Assembly (NCBI GenBank): GCA_963791335.1
Contig: CAWBRN010000003.1
Coordinates: 487,841 to 551,840 of the forward strand
Reading direction: 5' to 3'
DNA from: an uncultured Solirubrobacterales bacterium
Lineage (GTDB): Bacteria > Actinomycetota > Thermoleophilia > Solirubrobacterales > 70-9
DNA: 64,000 bases
Positions within the stretch are counted from its first letter, which is position 1. Every line of letters starts with the position of its first letter. The translations under genes were made by a program, and so were the position numbers. Below the pieces are notes generated by a model, which was not told the DNA's origin, made no database searches, and saw only the letters and a program-made list of their open reading frames with translations. Of this stretch, positions 1-9,231 are shown in pieces.

Positions 1-580
1 GATTCCCTTGAGCCGTCCGGCCGCCTCGCGGGCAGCGGCGAGAACCTCCTCGTGATCGACGACCTCGTCGAGGAACCCCGCGGCGCCGGCCTCGTCGGGG
101 CCGAGGATCACCCCGGTGACGGTGCAGCGGTCGAAGGCCGGGCGGGTGAGCCGATGGCGCGCGAGGGCGATGCCGAAGTACGGGAGGGTCATCCCGATCG
201 CGACCTCGTTGAGGCCGATCTTGAAATCGCCCCTGAGCACCGACCCGATGGTCGGCGGAGAGCAGCAGGAACGCACCCATCGCCAGAGCATTGCCGTTGC
301 AGGCGACGACGATCGGGCGCGGGAACGAGAACATCCGCTCGGCCGTGCGGGCGCCGGCGGTCAGCATCGTCGGCCAGTCCTCGCTGCGGAGGTCGAAGCC
401 GGCGGAGAAGGTCCGCTCGCGACCGGTCATCACGACGACCGCCTCGTCGGCCTCGGCACGGTCGAGGCCCTCGCCGATCGAGCCGAGCATCTCCGGCGAG
501 AGTGCGTTGACCTTGCCGTCGTCGAGCGTGATCGTGGCGATGCCGTCGTCGAGCTCGTAGGTGGTGAGGTTGTCGCTCAT
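1..580 (-). pseudogene. enoyl-CoA hydratase/isomerase (crotonase) family protein; C-terminus runs off the window; one apparent frameshift
   Basis: Minus-strand ATG at 580-578 reads MSDNLTTYELDDGIATITLDDGKVNALSPEML..RTFSAGFDL..VVACNGNALAMGAFLLLSADHRVGA. The frame is lost at the C4 run 230-233 and resumes in another frame as DFKIGLNEVAIGMTLPYFGIALARHRLTRPAFDRC. The ORF is absent from the track because it leaves the window. Confidence 0.75.
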
Positions 581-624
581 GGGCGGGAGCCTATGCCCCC
601 GCCCCCGGGTTTAGGGTTCCGGCC

Positions 625-1063
625 GATGACCGACGAACCCGACTACAGCCCCGGTCCGTTCTCCGCCCACCTCGGCTTCCGCGTGATGCGGGCGGACGAG
701 GACGGTTCGGTCATCGAGGCCGACCCCGGGCCCGAACACTGCAACGGCGGCGGGATCGTCCACGGCGGCTACCTGAGCGCGCTTCTCGACACCGCGACCG
801 GGTGGGCGGTGCACGCCCGGACACCCGACGACGTCGCGGCTCCCCACGTCCAGATCAGCGTGCAGTTCGTCCGTGCCGCCCTCCCGGGCACCACTCTGGT
901 CTGCCGCGGGCGGAGCGTGTCCGTCGGTCGGCGAATCGCCTCGGCCGAAGCCGAGATCACCCAGGGCGACCGCGTGATCGCTCGCGCGGCCACGAGCCAC
1001 GCGGTTCTGTCGTATCCGCCGGATCGGCCATCCTTAGTCCGATGGCGGGAGCTGCGGCCATGA
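625..1063 (+). CDS. PaaI-family hotdog-fold acyl-CoA thioesterase
   Basis: Internal ATG 625 of ORF 116..1063. Contains the CNGGGIVHGGYLSALLDTATGWAV core typical of PaaI/YdiI thioesterases. Stop TGA 1061-1063 overlaps the ATG at 1060 of the next gene (ATGA). Confidence 0.8.
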
Positions 1064-2125
1064 TCGATGCGGACGGACGCGAGGTCCGGGTCTCGAGCCC
1101 GGACCGCGTGATCTTCGAGGCGACCGACCGGACCGGCGATGTGACGAAGCTCCAGATCGCCGAGTACTACGTGGCCGTCGGCGACGGGATCATGCGGGCG
1201 CTGCGCGAGCGCCCGACGACGCTGGAGCGCTGGCCGAAGGGCGTTCACGAGGGGATCGTCCTCTCGACGCAGGGCCCGCGGCGGCGGCGATGCCTTCTAC
1301 CAAAAGCGAGTGCCGAAGGGCGCGCCTGACTGGCTCGAGACCGCCCGGATCGAGTTCCCTTCGGGCCGCCACGCCGACGAGATCTGTCCGACCGAGCTCG
1401 GGGTCGTCGCCTGGTGCGCCCACATGGGCACGATCACCTTCCATCCCTGGCCGGTGCGGCGGGCCGACGTCGACCACCCCGACGAGCTCCGCCTCGACCT
1501 CGACCCTCAGCCCGGCACCGACTTCGACGACGCCGTCAAGGTGGCGGCGGAGGCACGGAAGCTGCTCGGCGAGCTCGGCTACGCCGGCTTCCCGAAGACC
1601 TCCGGCGGACGCGGGATCCACATCTACGTGCGGGTGGAGCCGCGCTGGACCTTCACCGACATGCGTCACGCGGCGATCGCCTTCGGCCGCGAGCTCGAAC
1701 GGCGCATGCCCGGGCGAGGTGACGACGAAGTGGTGGAAGGAGGAGCGCGGCGAGAAGGTCTTCATCGACTACAACCAGAACGCCCGCGACCGCACCATCG
1801 CGTCCCCCTACAGCGTCCGCGCCAAGGCCCGGCGCGCCGGTCTCGGCGCCGCTGCTCTGGGACGAGCTGCCCGAGGTCCAGCCGGAGGACTTCACGGTCG
1901 AGTCGATGCCGGCCCGCTTCGCCGAGGTCGGCGACCGCTTCGCGACGATCGACGACGTCCACCACTCGCTCGAGCCGCTGCTCGAGATGTACGAGCGCGA
2001 CGAATCCGAGGGCGAGGGCGACATGCCCTACCCGCCCGACTACCCGAAGATGCCGGGCGAGCCGAAGCGGGTTCAGCCCTCGCGCGACCGGGACCGCAAG
2101 AAGGCTGAACGCTCAGGGTCATTAA
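1042..2125 (+). pseudogene. stand-alone LigD-type NHEJ polymerase/primase domain protein (PolDom); at least 3 frameshifts
   Basis: Pieces in three frames join into ..VRVSSPDRVIFE..LERWPKGVHEGIVLST / GGGDAFYQKRVPKGAPDWLETARIEFPSGRHADEI..FHPWPVR..KTSGGRGIHIYV..RRMPG / EVTTKWWKEERGEKVFIDYNQNARDRTIASPYSVRAK / PGAPVSAPLLWDELPEV..YPKMPGEPKRVQPSRDR. Frame changes lie near 1280, 1713 and 1826. Start is ATG 1042 or 1060. No ligase or nuclease domain is present. Confidence 0.75.
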
Positions 2126-2205
2126 TTACGGCATTGGATACTGCCGACTCAATACCGGTAAGCCCGGTCCTTCCGTCGGAGCCCCGCCGGCGTCAGGATG
2201 GGCGA

Positions 2206-2631
2206 ATGTACGGAATCGGAACCGTCGTTCGCCTGCTGACACTTCCCGTCGACCTCGTCGCCGTCGTCGACCACCTGCCGTCGATCGCTCGCAGCACCAA
2301 CGAGATGGAACGCCACACGGCGCAGCTCGAGGAGGTGTCGCGAAGCCTCGAGCGGGTGGCCGATGCGGCCGCGGTGCTGAAGCCGATGGACGGGCGGATG
2401 GCCACGATCGAGCAGTCGATGCCGGTGCTCGTCGACGTCCAGAAACAGCTCGCCGAGTTGCCGGACGTGATGAAACGCCTCGATGCCGGAGTCGAACGCC
2501 TCGCCGGTCTCATGGAGGAGACGTTGAGTTCGATCGACGAGCTCAGTCAGACCATCACCACTCTGCACGGCTCACTCGAACCGGTCGGACGCCTCGCCAG
2601 CCGCGTGCCCGGCCAGAGGGGCCCCGCCTAG
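2206..2631 (+). CDS. hypothetical coiled-coil protein with a hydrophobic N-terminus
   Basis: ATG 2206 within ORF 1906..2631. Preceded by an AT-richer spacer (2125-2200). Heptad-like sequence ..EMERHTAQLEEVSRSLERVADAA..QKQLAELPDVMKRLDAGVERLAGLMEETLSSIDELSQ. No family recognised with certainty. Confidence 0.5.
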   Translation: MYGIGTVVRLLTLPVDLVAVVDHLPSIARSTNEMERHTAQLEEVSRSLERVADAAAVLKPMDGRMATIEQSMPVLVDVQKQLAELPDVMKRLDAGVERLAGLMEETLSSIDELSQTITTLHGSLEPVGRLASRVPGQRGPA

Positions 2632-3254
2632 GAGCCCAGTCGACCCGACGCCGCGACCCGATCGAGCACCGAGGTCGTCACCTGAGCGATCGCGGTGCCG
2701 ACGGCCGCCCCAGCAATTACGTCACCGGGAAAATGAACTCCTGTGTGGACTCGCGAATAGGCGACTAGAGTCGCGAGTGCATGCAACGGTATTGCTGCGA
2801 TCGGGAGTACATGGCCGACGCCAGTCGCAAAGGCGAAAGCGGCCGCCGAATGCCCGGATGGAAACGACGTGGATTCGGGCATCGGCACGTAACGTGCGAC
2901 GGCCGACCCGGCGGCAGCACGATCAGGGCGGCGACGACCGAATCGTTTCAAGCCCAGGTTGACCACGGCGGAGGCAGCCCAAACCGAGGACATTCCCATC
3001 ACCGCCGCAAGCCTTCCACGGCGCCGGCCGGCGAGTGCTATGCCAAGTGCCGCGGTCATCGAGATGCGCGAATAGTTGGCGGCGCTGGAGAGGCGAGCCA
3101 ACGCCTGGTCGAGGCTAGGAGTCGGCGTAGCGGCGATCGCCTCGTAGACGGCGAGGTCGATGCGTTCGGCATCCCGCAGCCACCCGGAGGCAGTGGGCGA
3201 ACTCGAAACCTGTTCTTCGGGTTGTGCTTCCAGAGGGCCTAATCCTATGAGCAA
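2628..3254 (-). CDS. PAP2-superfamily (phosphatidic acid phosphatase type 2 / lipid phosphate) phosphatase
   Basis: C-terminal two thirds of ORF 2628..3533 carry the PAP2 motifs KRFGRRRP, SFPSGHS and SRVHTGVHFPGDV. The upstream part of that ORF is the shadow of the divergent kinase gene. Start is uncertain (TTG 3254 or CTG 3233; no ATG/GTG available). Confidence 0.75.
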   Translation of the reverse strand: MLIGLGPLEAQPEEQVSSSPTASGWLRDAERIDLAVYEAIAATPTPSLDQALARLSSAANYSRISMTAALGIALAGRRRGRLAAVMGMSSVWAASAVVNLGLKRFGRRRPDRAAAGSAVARYVPMPESTSFPSGHSAAAFAFATGVGHVLPIAAIPLHALATLVAYSRVHTGVHFPGDVIAGAAVGTAIAQVTTSVLDRVAASGRLGS

Positions 3255-4536
3255 GCGCCATGCAGCAGCAATCGGAGGCGTCGCGTTCGCCGTACTCGGG
3301 GTCGCGCTCGCCGGCCTCGTCGCGATCGAGGAGTTCCCGCGGGGCCTCGTCGCATTCGGCGCCACGTTCCTCGGCGGTTGCGCAATCTGGTTCGGGATGC
3401 TGCGAACCGGAGCGGCCCGCCTCGCGGGCGTTGCGGCCGGGCTGCTCGGATTTTCGCTGGCCGTAGCGCTGCTGCGGCATGGAGGCCTGCTGGAGGAGTT
3501 GCTGGCCGCCGCTGCCTTCGGCATCAGCAGCATCTGCGTGAAAATTACGTACGGCGCCGGCGAGCGACTTCCGGCGGTCGCCCCGCCGGATCGGCCGGTC
3601 CTCTTCTACAACCCGAAGTCCGGCGGCGGGAAGGCGATCCAGTTCGGCCTTGCCGACGAGGCACGCCGGCGGGGGATCGAGCCGATCGAGCTCGGGCCCG
3701 CCGACGACCTCGAGACGCTGGCCAGAGACGCCGTCCAGCGTGGAGCGGACGCGCTTGCGATGGCCGGGGGTGACGGCTCGCAGGCGATCATCGCCGCAGT
3801 CGCCTCCGAGCACGACATGCCCTATGCCTGCATCCCGGCCGGCACCAGGAATCACTTCGCACTCGATCTCGGCGTCGACCGCAACGACGTCGTCGGCGCA
3901 CTGGACGCCCTCGTCGACGGCGGCGAGCGGGTCGTTGACCTCGCCGAGGTCAACGGCAGGGTATTCGTCAACAACGTCTCGCTCGGCGTCTATGCGGAGG
4001 CGGTCCAGCGCCAGGAATACCGGGGCGCGAAGCTTCGGACGATCCTCTCGACGATGCCGGAGGCGCTCGGACCCGAGAGCGGTGAGATCGATCTGAGATG
4101 GACCGGACCGGGCGGGCACGAGCACCAATCGGGAGCCGCGATCCTCGTCTCCAACAATCGGTACCGGCTGGGTCATGCGGTCGGGTCCGGCACGAGGCCG
4201 AGGATCGACGACGGGCTCCTGGGCGTCACGGTCGTCGGCGCGCCGACCGGCAGAGGGCAGAGTCGGCGGCTGCCGCAGCGACCATGGCGCGAGTGGACCG
4301 CGCCGTCTTTCGTGGTCGATTCCAATCGCCCGATCGCCGCCGGGATCGACGGCGAGGCGGCGAGGCTCGATCCGCCCCTCACTTTTCGGATCCGTCCGGG
4401 AGTGCTGCGGGTCAGGATCGCGAACAGCCATCCCGGCGCCTCACCCTCGGCGATGCTGCCCGAGACGCTTCCCGACCTCACCCGATCGATATTGCGAATT
4501 GCCATCGGAAAGCAACCGCTACAGAAGGAGAACTGA
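3247..4536 (+). CDS. diacylglycerol/lipid kinase (YegS/DAGK catalytic domain) with N-terminal transmembrane segments
   Basis: ATG 3247 within ORF 3160..4536. Hydrophobic N-terminus of about 110 aa, then VLFYNPKSGGGKA, AMAGGDGSQ and IPAGTRNHFA motifs of the DAGK/YegS family. Confidence 0.8.
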   Translation: MSKRHAAAIGGVAFAVLGVALAGLVAIEEFPRGLVAFGATFLGGCAIWFGMLRTGAARLAGVAAGLLGFSLAVALLRHGGLLEELLAAAAFGISSICVKITYGAGERLPAVAPPDRPVLFYNPKSGGGKAIQFGLADEARRRGIEPIELGPADDLETLARDAVQRGADALAMAGGDGSQAIIAAVASEHDMPYACIPAGTRNHFALDLGVDRNDVVGALDALVDGGERVVDLAEVNGRVFVNNVSLGVYAEAVQRQEYRGAKLRTILSTMPEALGPESGEIDLRWTGPGGHEHQSGAAILVSNNRYRLGHAVGSGTRPRIDDGLLGVTVVGAPTGRGQSRRLPQRPWREWTAPSFVVDSNRPIAAGIDGEAARLDPPLTFRIRPGVLRVRIANSHPGASPSAMLPETLPDLTRSILRIAIGKQPLQKEN

Positions 4537-4538
4537 CA

Positions 4539-4757
4539 ATGGACATCCTCAACGTGGAGCAGAAGGAAACCCTCGGTCGCGAGGAGGTCGCCGCCCGCCT
4601 TCACAAGCTGGCCGACATGCTCGCCCGGCAGAACGACATCGAGTTCGAGCGCGGCGGAATGCGGTTCACCGTGAACGTCCCGGACGAGGTCAACCTCAAG
4701 GTCGAACTGGAGATCGAAAGCGACGAGCGCGAACTCGAGATCGAGCTGACCTGGTAG
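4539..4757 (+). CDS. small acidic protein, amphi-Trp-domain-like
   Basis: ATG 4539, 3 nt after the kinase stop, with a GAAGGAG RBS at 4525-4531. The 72 aa read MDILNVEQKETLGREEVAARLHKLADMLARQNDIEFERGGMRFTVNVPDEVNLKVELEIESDERELEIELTW, matching my recollection of the amphi-Trp domain (..ELEIEL.W end). Confidence 0.6.
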   Translation: MDILNVEQKETLGREEVAARLHKLADMLARQNDIEFERGGMRFTVNVPDEVNLKVELEIESDERELEIELTW

Positions 4758-4766
4758 CCCGCCGCC

Positions 4767-5228
4767 CTAGCTGATCGGCAGCGTCTTCGTCGCCTTCCAG
4801 TCGAGTCGACCGGTGCGGCAATGGGTCCCGGGCCGCGCCAACTCCCCGCTGAGCTTGAAGTCGCCCACTGCGACGCCGCCAGGCCGGAGCTTGCCGCTCA
4901 CGGTGCCGACGGGGTCGAGCGGAAGACCGGTCCAGTCGCCGTTGCCCTCGAACCTGCGGGACTTCACCTTCATCCGCGGCTTGAACTGCCAGCCGGCGGT
5001 GACGCCGGGCGGGGCGTCGCTGCACTCATACGGGACCTGGGTGACGGTGAATCGCGTGACCCGCTTCGGCCCGCCTCAGGATGCTCGACGAAGAACCCCA
5101 CGGAGCTGCTCGGCTGACCCTTCACGGTCCCGACGTAGTCGAACGCGCCGGCGAACCCGAACGCCGACGGCGCCGACAGCGCGGCACAGCGCCCCGAACG
5201 CGGCAATGGAGAGAGCGACTCGTTTCAT
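4767..5228 (-). pseudogene. hypothetical secreted protein; 2 apparent frameshifts
   Basis: ATG 5228 gives the signal-like MKRVALSIAAFGALC. It continues in other frames as AALSAPSAFGFAGAFDYVGTVKGQPSSSVGFFVEHPEAG / PKRVTRFTVTQVPYECSDAPPGVTAGWQFKPRMKVKSRRFEGNGDW..CRTGRLDWKATKTLPIS. Frame changes lie near 5175-5205 and about 5070. Confidence 0.55.
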
Positions 5229-5247
5229 CAATCCCTCCACGGATGGT

Positions 5248-6101
5248 CTAGGCGAATCTTTTGACGAAGTTCCAGGGACGAGCTCGGCGACCTCGCGCCA
5301 GCCGCTGTCGATCGTGAGGGAGTGGCCGCGGTTCGGGACCGCCTTGATCTCGGTTACCGCTTCGTTCTTGCTTCTGCTTGTTGTAGGCGGCGTTCGCGAT
5401 CGCCCACGGCACCGTGTGGTCCTTCTCGCCGTCGATGATCAGCAGTGGGCCGCGATCTGGGTTGCCGCGGGTCGACCTTCGCCTCGGTGAACGGGTTCAG
5501 GTTGGCGTTCGCCATCTGCATGAGCGCGACTCCGGGCGCAGCCACGTGGTACGTCTCGTACAGCTGCTCGGCCTCCTCGTCCGTCAGCGCGTTCGCCCAG
5601 CCGTACTTGAACTGATCGAGCGTCAGGGTGATCGCGCGGCCGCGGTTCAGCGGGTTCTTCAGCACCGGGCCGGCCGACTTCAGCGCTGAGATCGGCAGCG
5701 GCAGGACGCCGCGGAACGGTCCGGGATCGATCGCGACCGACGCGGCGGACAGTCCGCGGTCGGCGATCATGAAGGTGAGCAGCCCGCCCGTCGAGTGGCC
5801 CATGACCGCCGGCTTCTTGTCGAGCTTCCCGATCACGTCCGCCGTGTGGTCGGCGATCTGCGCGAGCGTTCTTCTTCGCGAAGACGTCCGGGTTGGCCCG
5901 AGCCTCCTCGACCGTCTCCGGGTCGTCCGGCCACGAGGGGGTCAGCGGCGCGTACCCGGCCTCGTCGAAGAGCTGGGCCCAGTTGTCCCAGCTGCTGGGA
6001 AGCAGCCAGAGCCCGTGGATGAACACGACCGGCGTCCTCCCGCTCGCATTCGCCTGCTCGACCTGCTCCGTCTCGCGCTGCGTCAGTGCCGCCATGTCCA
6101 T
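5248..6101 (-). pseudogene. alpha/beta-fold hydrolase; about 4 frameshifts
   Basis: MDMAALTQRETE..TPVVFIHGLWLLPSSWDNW..ANPDVFAKK / LAQIADHTADVIGKLDKKPAVMGHSTGGLL..(GHSTGG nucleophile elbow)..AKVDPR / NPDRGPLLIIDGEKDHTVPWAIANAAYNKQK / NEAVTEIKAVPNRGHSLTIDSGWREVAE / ..NFVKRFA*. Frame changes lie near 5870, 5464, 5370 and 5276. Confidence 0.7.
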
Positions 6102-6258
6102 CGTCCTTCGTATCGCTTTACCGCCGAACTGCGGGCGACGCAAGCCCGGCTGGAGCCGGCAGTCAGGTGCCGTTCAGGATCGCGAGCAGATACTCGTGGC
6201 TTGGCGGCGCCGACCTATACCCGGGAGAATCGGCGGTCGATGCTTCTGAAACCGCCCC

Positions 6259-6943
6259 ATGCCAGCTGAGCCTCTCGACCTCGCGAAGGTGCTCGTCATC
6301 GAGGATGACCCCGACCTACGGCGCGTCCTCAAGCAGGGGCTCGGAGACGAGGGATTCCCAGTCCGGCTCGCGCATTCGGGCGCCGAGGCCCTGACGCTCG
6401 CCGACGCCGAGCGCCCCGACTTGATCGTCCTCGACATCGGCCTGCCCGACTCCGACGGCCGCGACATCTGCCAGGCACTGCGCTCCAAGGGGATCGACTC
6501 CCCGGTTCTCTTCCTGACCGCGAGCGATGCCGCCAGCGATCGGTTGCTCGGCTTCGGGGCCGGCGGCGACGACTATCTGACGAAGCCGTTCGAGTTCGCG
6601 GAGCTCGTGGCCCGCCTGCAGGCGCTGGCGCGGCGCTCCAACCCCGAACGGCGCGCCGAGGTCGGGGATCTCCACCTCGACCCGCTCGAGCCACAGGGTT
6701 GGAACGGCGGCCGGCGAGACCGACCTGACACCCGACCGAATTTCGCCTGCTCGGGGCCCTCGCCGCGCGCCCCGGCGAAGCGCTTCGCCGCCGCGAGATG
6801 ATCGCCGCCGCATGGCCCGCCGGCGCGATCGTCAACGACAACACGCTCGACGTCTACGTCGGCCGGCTCCGCAGGAAGATCGCGGCGCTCGAGAGCTCGG
6901 CGACGATCCAGACGGTCCATGGGGTTGGATACAGGCTGGAATG
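6259..6943 (+). pseudogene. OmpR-family response regulator; 2 frameshifts in the DNA-binding domain
   Basis: The receiver domain is intact (VLVIEDDPDLRR..DLIVLDIGLPDSDG..LTASD..GADDYLTKPF). The winged-helix part is split across frames: SHRVGTAAGETDLTP / EFRLLGALAARPGEALRRREMIAAAWP..VYVGRLRRKIA..IQTVHGVGYRLE*. Frame changes lie near 6690 and at the C3 run 6731-6733. Confidence 0.8.
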
Positions 6944-8290
6944 AAATCCGGCCTACGCCGACGCCTGACGATCTCGGTCACCGCCATCTCGGCGTTGACG
7001 CCTGCTGATCCTCGTCGTCGTCTTCAACCTGGCCCTGCGCTCCAGCCTCGACGCCGACGCGAACCGCCTGCTCGACGCCCGGGTGGCGGCAGCGCTCGAG
7101 GGAGTCGAGGTCAAGGGCAACGTCGTCTCGATCCGCGAGAACTCCGACGAAGGGGCCCCCGACGCCCAGGTCTGGATCTACTCCGACGGCAAGAACATCG
7201 AACGTCCGCTCGTCGACAGATCCACCGACGAACTCGCCGACTCGCTGGCGGCGCAGGGCGGCGGCAAGGTCGAGGATCCGGACGGGGATACGCGTCTCAC
7301 GGCCACGCCGATCGAATCCGACGGCCAGACGGTCGGGACGGTCGTCGCGGGCGTTTCGCTCGATCCTTACGAGCGGACGGCCGAGCACGCCCTGATCGCC
7401 TCGGTGGTGCTCGCTCTGGTGGTGCTGGTCCTGATTGCGATCGCCACCTGGATCGTCGTCGATCGCGCCCTGCGCCCCGTCGCCCGGATGACCGCCGATG
7501 CCGCCGACTGGAGTGAGCACGACCTCGACCGCCGTTTCAACCCCGGGGGGCCGAAGGACGAGCTGAGCGAGCTCGCATCGACCTTCGACGACATGCTCGA
7601 TCGGATGGCCGCGATGGTCCGCCACGAGCGCAACTTCTCGGCCGAGATCTCTCATGAGCTCAGGACGCCCCTCTCCTCGATCTCGGCTGAGGCCGAGGTC
7701 GCCCTCCTCCGCGAGCGCGACGAGGACTCCTACCGTCACTCGCTCGAGCGGATCTCGACGAGAGCCAGAGAGCTGACCGAGATCCTCGAGACGCTGCTCT
7801 CGGTCGCTCGCGCGGGTGAATCGGATCTCCTTGGAGCATCCAGCGACCTCGACGAGGTTCTGATGTCCGCGGTCCGCTCGGCCGAGGAGTCCGCCGGCCG
7901 CCTCGGGGTTGTGATCGAGACCGAGCCGAGTCCGACCCCCATCCCAGTCCAAGGGAGCGCCGGAGGCGCTGCAGCGCGTCCTTGCGCCGGTGATCGAGAA
8001 CGCCTGCGCCTACGCTCGCACCACGGTGAAGGTGCAGATCCGAGGGAGGCCCCAAGCCGGCGATCACGGTGCGGGATGACGGCCCCGGCATCGATCCGGC
8101 CGAGGCCGCCGAGATTTTCGAGCCGGGTCGACAGGGATCGGCCGAACGGAACGCCGCCTCAGGATCTGGCACCGGTCTCGGCCTGTCACTGTCGAGACGG
8201 CTCGCAAGGACGCTCGGCGGCGACGTCGAAGTCACCTCGGACCCCGGTGACGGCGCCTTTCGGATCAGCCTCCGGCGCGCCCCGGGCTGA
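6940..8290 (+). pseudogene. sensor histidine kinase (HAMP-HisKA-HATPase); 3 frameshifts
   Basis: The ATG at 6940 overlaps the regulator stop (ATGA). Sequence MKSGLRRRLTISVTAISA / LLILVVVFNLALRSS..; H-box RNFSAEISHELRTPLSSI; ..EALQRVLAPVIENACAYA.. / ITVRDDGPGIDPAEAAEIFEPG..GSGTGLGLSLSRRLARTLGGDVEV. Frame changes lie near 7001, 7962 and 8060. Confidence 0.75.
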
Positions 8291-9021
8291 TGGCCTTCGT
8301 CCTCACTGCCGCCGGCGCGGCGCTGGCGGTTGCGCTCGAGCTGGCCGAAGCCTGCGCGATCGTGCTCGCAGTCGGGATCAGCAGGCGCTGGCGAGATGCC
8401 CTGATCGGCGCCTTCGCGGGGGTGGTCGCCTGCGCCGCCCTCGCCATCGTCCTCGGGCCCGTGCTGCTCGGCGACCTCGCGATCGACGGCCTCCGCGTCG
8501 TGATCGGGACGCTGCTGATCCTGTTCGGGCTGGAGTGGCTGCGCAAGGGCACCCTGCGGCTCGGCGGCCGCAAGGCACGCTCGTCATCCGCCGACGAGTT
8601 CGCCGAGGTCGCCGAGGAGCTCGAGGACCTGCCCCTCCCCCCGCCGGGCCATGCCGACTGGGCCGCCCGAGCCATCGCTTTCAAAGGTGTCCTCCTGGAG
8701 GGTGTCGAGATCGTCCTCATCGTCAGCGTGCTGGCGGCCCGGCCGGAGGGAGCGGCTCCGGCGATCGTCGGCGCCGTCGTCGCCGTCGCCTTCACGATCG
8801 GTGTCGCCCTCGTTCTTCGGCGGCCGCTTGCGGTCATCCCTGAGACCGAGTTGAAGTGGCTGGTCGGCGTGCTGCTGTCGGCATTCGGAGTCTTCTTCTG
8901 CGCCGAAGGCCTCGGCGTCGACTGGCCCGGCGGTGACGCCGCCCTGCTCTACTGCGCAGCCGCGCTCGCGGGCACGGCGTCGTTGCTGATCGTCAGGCTC
9001 AGGAGGGACGTCGCCACGTGA
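8290..9021 (+). CDS. polytopic membrane protein of unknown function (COG4280-like as far as I recall)
   Basis: Intact 243-aa ORF. Its start overlaps the kinase stop (TGATG). About 6 hydrophobic helices with a charged central loop (..RKARSSSADEFAEVAEELEDLPLPPPGHADW..). Confidence 0.7.
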   Translation: MAFVLTAAGAALAVALELAEACAIVLAVGISRRWRDALIGAFAGVVACAALAIVLGPVLLGDLAIDGLRVVIGTLLILFGLEWLRKGTLRLGGRKARSSSADEFAEVAEELEDLPLPPPGHADWAARAIAFKGVLLEGVEIVLIVSVLAARPEGAAPAIVGAVVAVAFTIGVALVLRRPLAVIPETELKWLVGVLLSAFGVFFCAEGLGVDWPGGDAALLYCAAALAGTASLLIVRLRRDVAT

Positions 9022-9209
9022 ACTGGCTCGCGACCGCGAAGAAGCTGATCCTCGGCGAGACGTGGCGGCTGCCGATCGCCGTGGCGATGTTGCTCATCTC
9101 CGCCCTCGTCGTGCGGGCGATCGCTCCGAGCTTCTGGGAGTCCGCGGGCGGGCCGCTCCTCCTGCTCGGAGCGATAGCCGCTCTCGCCGCGACCGTACTC
9201 TCGGGCTAG
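9018..9209 (+). CDS. small two-helix membrane protein
   Basis: GTG 9018 overlaps the preceding stop (GTGA). The 63 aa are hydrophobic (..LPIAVAMLLISALVV..GGPLLLLGAIAALAATVL). Confidence 0.5.
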   Translation: MNWLATAKKLILGETWRLPIAVAMLLISALVVRAIAPSFWESAGGPLLLLGAIAALAATVLSG

Positions 9210-9231
9210 GTCGACTCGGGCTGTGGCTTGC

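Noticed and set aside
1906-2631. A 241-aa ORF as a genuine fusion of the LigD C-terminus with the coiled-coil protein.
   Set aside because: The two parts are separated by an AT-richer, non-coding-looking spacer. The second part has its own ATG (2206). The fusion is best explained by a lost or shifted stop codon in a multiply frameshifted gene.
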